A stretch of 64,000 nucleotides of DNA. Origin: Minisyncoccota bacterium (lineage in GTDB: Bacteria > Patescibacteriota > Minisyncoccia > Phycocordibacterales > UBA9973). Both the position numbers and the translations under genes were made by a program. The stretch covers positions 12,680-76,679 of the forward strand of contig JALOQM010000002.1 in NCBI GenBank assembly GCA_025453495.1, given 5' to 3'. The notes beneath the pieces were generated by a model. It was not told the DNA's origin. It did no database searches and saw nothing but the letters and a program-made list of their open reading frames with translations. Shown piece by piece: positions 58,149-64,000 of this stretch (its first letter is position 1; every line of letters begins with the position of its first letter).

Positions 58149-58225
58149 ATGATAAATGTACCACAAAATACTGATTCCTTGTTTGTATACTAGGGAGCTT
58201 GATTTAGAAATGCCGTTCAGTCATT

Positions 58226-58579
58226 ATGAGTACATTGATGCAGTCCGAGTTTTCATTTGAGGCAAAAGTGTGGCTGTACCCTGGCATGCAGACAGCATGG
58301 CATTTCGTCAGTGTACCAAAACCACTTTCAGAAGAGATCAAAGAAAGATCTACAATAAGAGGTGTTGGTCAATCTACCAAAAGACGCGGGTGGGGATCAG
58401 TTCCAGTACAAGTTACTATCGGGAAATCAACATGGAAAACAGCCGTATTCCCAGATAAAAGGTCAGGGTCATATCTTTTGCCACTCAAAGCAAAAATACG
58501 GAGTGCCGAAGACGTCTTCAATGGTGACACTGTGTTTGTCTTGATACAGTTAGCTTACCCACGACAACCACAGAAATAA
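58226..58579 (+). CDS. DUF1905 domain protein
   Basis: FEAKVWLY...WHFV...RGWGSVPV.VTIG...WKTAVFP...YLLPLKAKIR. Confidence 0.88.
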   Translation: MSTLMQSEFSFEAKVWLYPGMQTAWHFVSVPKPLSEEIKERSTIRGVGQSTKRRGWGSVPVQVTIGKSTWKTAVFPDKRSGSYLLPLKAKIRSAEDVFNGDTVFVLIQLAYPRQPQK

Positions 58580-58581
58580 CT

Positions 58582-59355
58582 ATGACAAAAAAGCCATCAC
58601 AAAAAGAACACTATTCAGTGAATCCCGAAACAGGGAGAGTTTCAATAACAGAAGCTTTTGGCGCGAACCTCGCGCAGCTTTTGGCAGAAAAAATAACACC
58701 GATATACAAGAAGTTTGATGCAAAAGGTTTTGTTGGCGCCACTAAAAAAGCAGTTATTGGCAAAACGTATACACAGCGGATTGAGATCATTGCCTGTCTC
58801 TTGAAAGAGTATTTACCAGAAAAATATACACAAGCACTTGCTATCCTCATGCAGATTCTAGGGCCAGAAAATAAAGAAGAAACAGGTATGTTTACTAACT
58901 TCTACTGGCTCATGCCGGTTGGTAAATTTGTTGAGAAATACGGGTTGGATAATTTCGCCGAGTCTATAAAAGCAATCGAAGAAATTACCAAAAGAAATAC
59001 TGGTGAGTACGCGATACGCCCATATGCTCGTGCATACCCAGCAAAGACACTTGCAGTCTGTACTAGGTGGGCAAAGAGTAATAACTTCCACTTGCGCCGG
59101 CTTGCCTCAGAAGGTCTCCGCCCTAAGCTTCCATGGGCACCAAAGCTGTATCTATGGAATGATGCACCAAAACCGGTATTTAGAATTCTTGCAGCACTCA
59201 AAGAAGACAAGGTGAAATTTGTAAAAAAGTCGGTTGCCAACCATGTTCGTGACTGGCGTAAAGTGAATCCTAAAGAAGCAAAGATATTGATCACAAAATG
59301 GTCAAAATCGAAAAACGAACATACAAAATGGATACTGAAGCATGCGCAGAGATAA
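58582..59355 (+). CDS. DNA alkylation repair glycosylase (AlkC/AlkD HEAT-repeat family)
   Basis: EYAIRPY, HLRRLASEGLRPKLPW, VKKSVANH.RD. Confidence 0.88.
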   Translation: MTKKPSQKEHYSVNPETGRVSITEAFGANLAQLLAEKITPIYKKFDAKGFVGATKKAVIGKTYTQRIEIIACLLKEYLPEKYTQALAILMQILGPENKEETGMFTNFYWLMPVGKFVEKYGLDNFAESIKAIEEITKRNTGEYAIRPYARAYPAKTLAVCTRWAKSNNFHLRRLASEGLRPKLPWAPKLYLWNDAPKPVFRILAALKEDKVKFVKKSVANHVRDWRKVNPKEAKILITKWSKSKNEHTKWILKHAQR

Positions 59356-59444
59356 CTTAGTTTTGTACTAAATACTATGCATACGACTCAGAGAAAGATT
59401 GTCTAAATTTTTTGAAAACAATCAATGATGTTATTTTATTTTTT

Positions 59445-59756
59445 TTAGCCTATTATTTTCTGTGCTGCTTTCTCAGCAATACGCTTGATTCGCTTGTACA
59501 TTGCGCGAGAGATGAGAAACCAAATTGCGTATATGATAGAAAAAAACCAGAAAAAGAATCTTGCAATACCACTTGCATCTACAACCCAATTAGAAAAGCC
59601 AAGTACGCCGAGGAAAATGATAACTGGTAGAGCTAGTATTGAAACAAGGATTAGAAAGCTCTTGAGTGCGTCCATGGCCTTTTCAACAGCGAAATCTTTT
59701 GGATTAGCAACACCTTCTTTTATTTCTTTATAGATACGAAATGCTGCGAATAACAT
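59445..59756 (-). CDS. Small hypothetical membrane protein
   Basis: Two TM helices; start placed at ATG 59756 to avoid overlap with the divergent MFS gene. Confidence 0.6.
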   Translation of the reverse strand: MLFAAFRIYKEIKEGVANPKDFAVEKAMDALKSFLILVSILALPVIIFLGVLGFSNWVVDASGIARFFFWFFSIIYAIWFLISRAMYKRIKRIAEKAAQKIIG

Positions 59757-59793
59757 ATGTACCGATTCTACCACATCTGCTAGAATAGCTTCT

Positions 59794-61008
59794 ATGGAAA
59801 ACACACCACGCAAAGAAAAGAGTATTCTTGGTTTCAAAAAGAATATTTTTTATCTCGGACTAGTTAGTTTTTTTAATGATTTTTCGTCTGAAATGGTCCA
59901 GTCAGTCATGCCTATTTTTATTACTTCAGTGCTTGGTGCACCAGTGTTCGCAGTCGGTCTTATCGAAGGTGTAGCAGACGCACTTGCAAGTGTTCTCAAG
60001 CTTTTCTCAGGTTGGTTCTCAGACAAACTAGGGAAGCGTAAAGCTCCTGCTATTTGGGGATACTCCCTTTCGGTGGCGACACGCGCATTTCTCGCCAGTG
60101 CTGGTACATTTGGCCAAGTGTTCGGTTTGCGCATTATCGATAGAGTGGGTAAGGGTCTACGCAGTGCGCCGCGCGACGCTTTGATTGTTGATTCTGTAGA
60201 AAAATCTGAACTTTCAAAGTCATTTGGTTTTCATCGTGCTATGGATACACTTGGCGCGACGCTTGGGCCACTCCTTGCATTTGCGCTTATACCACTCTCA
60301 CACGATGGGTACAGACGGATTTTCTGGATAGCATTTGTGCTTGGCATCTTTGCTGTTCTTTCTTTTGTATGTGTCAAAGAAAAAAAGAAAGACGCTCTCA
60401 CACCAGCTGCAAAGCCAAAGCTCAACTGGGCGCTGTTTCGTGAACATACAGCATTTGTGTCTATTGTTGGCTCAATTTTTATCTTTGGCCTTGGTACATT
60501 GCCAATCGGTCTTGTGCTCTTGAGATCTCAAGAGCTTGCTGGTGCAAGTATCGCTAATGTACCGTTTATGTATTTTGTCTACAGTCTTACATTTGTCCTT
60601 GTGGCGGTACCTATCGGTAAGCTTGCCGATAGACTAGGGGAGCGCAGAGTTATCGCTTCTGGATTTCTCTTGGCTGTCCTTGCGTATGTATTTCTTGTCA
60701 AAGCACAATCCCTTCCAGCTCTTATTTTGTGCTTTGTTCTTCTTGGTCTCTATAGTGCGGCAACAGATGGCATACAGCGTGCACTTGCAGGGAAGCTCAT
60801 GAGTAAAGAGCTTGTCGCAACTGGACAAGGATTTCTCAATATGGCGATCGGTTTCTCGTCACTTGGCGCAGGACTCATTGGTGGTACACTCTGGACAGTG
60901 TATGGCTCACACGCGGCATTTTGGTATGCTGCCCTAGCTTCGGTTGTAGGATTGGTTCTCTTTTGGTATGTGACCCATGAGAGAAAACCTGCTATACTCG
61001 AGGTCTAA
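59794..61008 (+). CDS. MFS transporter
   Basis: GWFSDKLGKRK, DRVGKGLRSAPRDALI, FGFHRAMDTLGA, GKLADRLGERR. Confidence 0.93.
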   Translation: MENTPRKEKSILGFKKNIFYLGLVSFFNDFSSEMVQSVMPIFITSVLGAPVFAVGLIEGVADALASVLKLFSGWFSDKLGKRKAPAIWGYSLSVATRAFLASAGTFGQVFGLRIIDRVGKGLRSAPRDALIVDSVEKSELSKSFGFHRAMDTLGATLGPLLAFALIPLSHDGYRRIFWIAFVLGIFAVLSFVCVKEKKKDALTPAAKPKLNWALFREHTAFVSIVGSIFIFGLGTLPIGLVLLRSQELAGASIANVPFMYFVYSLTFVLVAVPIGKLADRLGERRVIASGFLLAVLAYVFLVKAQSLPALILCFVLLGLYSAATDGIQRALAGKLMSKELVATGQGFLNMAIGFSSLGAGLIGGTLWTVYGSHAAFWYAALASVVGLVLFWYVTHERKPAILEV

Positions 61009-61022
61009 CATACTCAAAGTAT

Positions 61023-61496
61023 ATGCTTGGAAAAATGAAATCAAAAAAGTTCCCGATCATTGTAATTATCTCACTTGCAGTGCTTATGCTGCTTATCTAC
61101 GGTGTTTTCAATTTCTATAAGGCACGGAATGCGAAACTAAATCCAAATACAAATATGCTTGGCGCCGCAATCGAAACGTCTGTTGGTGTTATACGCCTTG
61201 TCTATATGAATGGTGCGACTATGATTGATAGTGAGCTTTTGCGTTCGACACCGTGTGTAGACTGGGATATCACTGTTGATAAGACTGCTACTGGCGCGAC
61301 GATTAAGATCAAAGACATAAATATGGCGGAGGTTTGTGTGCAGATGCTCGCTACACCAGAGGTGCTCACTGAGAGAATTAGTGGCACAACAAAAGGTAGT
61401 GTATACAGTGTATTCTTGGAAAACGCTACCATATTTGAGGGAGCGCTCTCTCCGATCCAGATGCCACAAGCACCTACGGAAGGAATGGCACAGTAA
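61023..61496 (+). CDS. Membrane-anchored hypothetical protein
   Basis: N-terminal TM helix; TPC...EVCVQML resembles a protease-inhibitor-like disulfide motif. Confidence 0.65.
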   Translation: MLGKMKSKKFPIIVIISLAVLMLLIYGVFNFYKARNAKLNPNTNMLGAAIETSVGVIRLVYMNGATMIDSELLRSTPCVDWDITVDKTATGATIKIKDINMAEVCVQMLATPEVLTERISGTTKGSVYSVFLENATIFEGALSPIQMPQAPTEGMAQ

Positions 61497-61543
61497 TACT
61501 ATTATCTTTTAAAAACCACCTGATAAGAGTGTTTTTTAAAGGT

Positions 61544-61931
61544 AACTCGCATCCACTCGCTTACCCCATCGTGATCATATAACAAATAGTGTTCTCTTTT
61601 GTACCGTTCTGTTTCAAAAGTCCTCAGGGTCGCTTCGCTTTTGAGGTTTTTGCAAAAGCAAAAACAAACAAAGCTTGCTCAACCAGACATTTTGAAACTG
61701 AATCGGTGGGATATATATAAAAAGCCCTGCCACACCCGCTTTCTTTCGTAGTGAGGACAGGTCTGCGGGTATCACCAAAAGATAAAGTAATGAGCTTATT
61801 TTACTTCATGTCCCAAAGAAGCAAGACAGACTAGTGTGTCTACGCAGACCCGCAGCTAGAAAAAAATGGGGCGGCGAAAAAATATACATAAATGAGGAGT
61901 ATTGCTGAACGATGAGCGAGCGGAGTGAGTT
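61544..61931. other. ~390-nt self-closing structured intergenic element (ncRNA or non-autonomous hairpin element)
   Basis: 61544-61563 pairs with 61913-61931; nested 61603-61619/61690-61707 and 61760-61770/61843-61855. Confidence 0.6.
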
Positions 61932-61935
61932 TTTT

Positions 61936-63471
61936 TTATTTATATACTGTCTCGTAAAGCTTTTTCCAAATCGCATACATCGCGTAGGTATCAAGCTTGC
62001 AGTATACCTTGAGATTGTACGCGATCTCTTCTCGTTCATTTTGAGGAAGTGTTCCTCCTGTCATTTGATTCCATTTTTCACTTGCGGTACCACCCTCACG
62101 AATGGCAAGGTCTTTGTATGTGAGTTCTGGAGCAAGGACTGGGAGTACATATTTGATCGATGTCGAGCCCATGAAGTCTCGCTCGACATAGTGCTGTTTG
62201 GTGAAGACATCCATAAGGTCATAAATACGGTTGTTGATGTTTGCCATGAGCGGCGCGAAATCGGCATTTCGCGCCGCAATTTCTACATTCCGCCCAATCT
62301 CAAATTTTTTGTTCCAGACGATTATACTGCCTTCTGTACCGATCCATTGTGACAGCGCTGTGGCAAGCGCGTCTGTCGGATCATCTGATTCTTCGTGTAA
62401 GTACTCGTAGTGTTCAGGCACTTCATCTGGGGTGCGAAGGACATGCAGTGAAAATTGAAAGGGTATCTGCTGATAGGGGGAAAAGCCCGTAAAGCGAGGA
62501 ATCGCTGACGGATAGGTTTCGTAGTCGAGGAAGTAGAGCGGGAAGGTCAGTTTCTCAAGCTCATATCGGATGCCAAGCATATCTTTGTGCGGACCATATC
62601 GATAGGCGTCGATTTGTGCCTGTTGGTTTTTTGAGAATTCCATGCCTTCAGGAATATCATCAATCTGCCATATTTCTCTATCAACGAGTTCTTTGAGCTT
62701 TGTTTTACTCGCGCCGATTCGTGCAATGTCATGGATACTGTAGTCGGGAATATCAGGATTGGAATAGGGGAATGTCGTACAGTGCTTACTGCGACCCTTA
62801 TAAATACATGAGCAATAGCCGGCTGGTTCATACTCTTGCCCGAGATACTCCTTTGCACGTTGCATCTTTTCTCGGGTTTCTTGTTCGAGTTCAGTCACTT
62901 GTTCTGTCATGTCATCAGAAACAAAAAGCTTCTCAAGCTCAAGTCCTCCTCTTCGCACGTATGTCGGATCCATATGAAGGATGAAGCATCTGCCGACTTG
63001 TATACCCGCGTCCATGAGCACGACGCGCTGAAATGCGAGGTCATCGACGTGGTTACGGTCACCAGTTTCCTTCACGCTATTTGACGCTTTTACTTCGTAA
63101 ATGTTCCATGTTCCTGTCTGTCCTGAGCTTGTCGAAGGATCGTATTCGAGTATGTCCGCCGCTGCAAGGAAACCATCTGAGACGAACACAGGTTGGAAGA
63201 TGACAAGAGGTCCTACATTAGTAGCGAGCGAAGCTGAATCGATTAATTCTTGTGTTTTCTTCTGCCAAAATGCATCCCGCCCGTCGATAAGAGTGCCGGC
63301 AGGGAAGAGTGTACGCGCATAATCCTCGACTTCGTTACCAGTCTCAATAATAGACTTCTCAAATTCAGAAAGAGGAAATTGCTTATATACTTCACGCTTG
63401 TGTATCTTGATCCACGCGTTTTTGGGACACTCAAGATAGGTGAGATAGTCTGTTTTTGATATTGGTCGCAT
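61936..63471 (-). CDS. DUF2779 protein (PD-(D/E)XK-like N-terminus plus RNase H-like domain)
   Basis: SKTDY...CPK..W, ADIL...IYEVKAS...DLAFQ, FLDYET, PYQQIPFQFSLH, FE, GSTSIKYVLP, YCKLDT. Confidence 0.88.
   Translation of the reverse strand: MRPISKTDYLTYLECPKNAWIKIHKREVYKQFPLSEFEKSIIETGNEVEDYARTLFPAGTLIDGRDAFWQKKTQELIDSASLATNVGPLVIFQPVFVSDGFLAAADILEYDPSTSSGQTGTWNIYEVKASNSVKETGDRNHVDDLAFQRVVLMDAGIQVGRCFILHMDPTYVRRGGLELEKLFVSDDMTEQVTELEQETREKMQRAKEYLGQEYEPAGYCSCIYKGRSKHCTTFPYSNPDIPDYSIHDIARIGASKTKLKELVDREIWQIDDIPEGMEFSKNQQAQIDAYRYGPHKDMLGIRYELEKLTFPLYFLDYETYPSAIPRFTGFSPYQQIPFQFSLHVLRTPDEVPEHYEYLHEESDDPTDALATALSQWIGTEGSIIVWNKKFEIGRNVEIAARNADFAPLMANINNRIYDLMDVFTKQHYVERDFMGSTSIKYVLPVLAPELTYKDLAIREGGTASEKWNQMTGGTLPQNEREEIAYNLKVYCKLDTYAMYAIWKKLYETVYK
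63119..63139 (-). repeat. REP-like short element in frame within the DUF2779 gene
   Basis: TCCTTCGACAAGCTCAGGACA encodes PSTSSGQ between the ADIL and IYEVK nuclease strands. Confidence 0.65.
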
Positions 63472-63557
63472 GAAAATATAATAACATCACAACTAGATAT
63501 TGACAAAAATATTGATATATTATATATTTAAACAGTTCACCAAAAAAATAATAAATA

Positions 63558-63992
63558 ATGGCTATTATCCTTGAAAAGAGAGATTTTTTACTCTTCATTG
63601 AGCCGGCTGGTAAATGTCATACACCGGTCATCGATAAGTACACCAAAAGGCTTACCGGTGCATTTCGCTCCGCAAAAGTTGGATTATCAAATTATAGCAA
63701 TATTGCAAGAGAATATGACACAGAGGCTTTCTTTGACGAAAACGGCGGTGGCTGGAAAGGATCTCATGTTTGCATATGTGGCGCCATGAGTTCAAACAAG
63801 GACTATGCGATGTTGACACGTGATGTATTATCATTGCATATCGATCATCAGCAGATTGTACTGACGAATTCTTTGTGTATTCATTATGTAGCATGCCACA
63901 GAGATGATGTGCCTACAGAAATGCTTGAGCAAATCATGCTCCTTTCAGCTGATGATGCGGAACCGACTCAAACTGAGCTTGGATTAGGATAA
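63558..63992 (+). CDS. Hypothetical metal-binding protein
   Basis: GSHVCICG...DY...TNSLCIHYVACH; own TTGACA-17-TATATT promoter. Confidence 0.72.
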   Translation: MAIILEKRDFLLFIEPAGKCHTPVIDKYTKRLTGAFRSAKVGLSNYSNIAREYDTEAFFDENGGGWKGSHVCICGAMSSNKDYAMLTRDVLSLHIDHQQIVLTNSLCIHYVACHRDDVPTEMLEQIMLLSADDAEPTQTELGLG

Positions 63993-64000
63993 TTATTCAG

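Noticed and set aside
61936-63471. Cas4 or CRISPR adaptation gene
   Set aside because: The PD-(D/E)XK-like domain is fused to DUF2779 and there is no cas1, cas2 or array nearby.
2199-63894. Numerous 60-200 aa ORFs nested in or antisense to well-supported genes
   Set aside because: They lack independent motifs or expression signals and are treated as shadow frames.

Overview
A 64-kb chromosomal window from a Patescibacteria (CPR, most likely Parcubacteria/Paceibacteria) genome read in the standard code 11. The taxon call is inferred from gene content and style. The backbone is housekeeping: rpmG, miaA, HTH-murA/murB, parB, relA/spoT, topA, dprA, serS, dus, dnaX, msrA, pbp2, greA, lysS, mraZ-rsmH-ftsL-ftsI-murF and photolyase, plus five tRNAs (Leu-GAG, Trp-CCA, Leu-CAA, Gln-TTG, Glu-CTC). 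The most striking structure is an integrase-free array of cargo cassettes downstream of tRNA-Gln. The cassettes are separated by conserved 100-270 bp junctions that end in a mimic of the tRNA 3' end and carry repeated, inverted TTCGAGTC motifs. Their cargo is two penicillin-binding serine hydrolases; a TrmB regulator with a DUF3307 pseudogene; and an ECF sigma-hsp20-groES-groEL stress module with a highly structured 330-nt leader. Other highlights: a Bacteroidota-type primary sigma factor and a T9SS-sorted protein in a CPR genome (possible host-derived genes), a tRNA-Glu island with a nuclease-TPR-GreA/B-like-PIN defence protein next to a truncated serine recombinase, a duplicated TIR protein, a perfect 22-bp palindrome between HTH-murA and murB, a LysRS-DUF2000 fusion, a ~390-nt self-closing structured intergenic element, in-frame palindromic insertions, pervasive leaderless genes and a shared ACCAAAAA leader on solitary orphan genes. 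All family calls come from motif recognition by eye; no database search was run.
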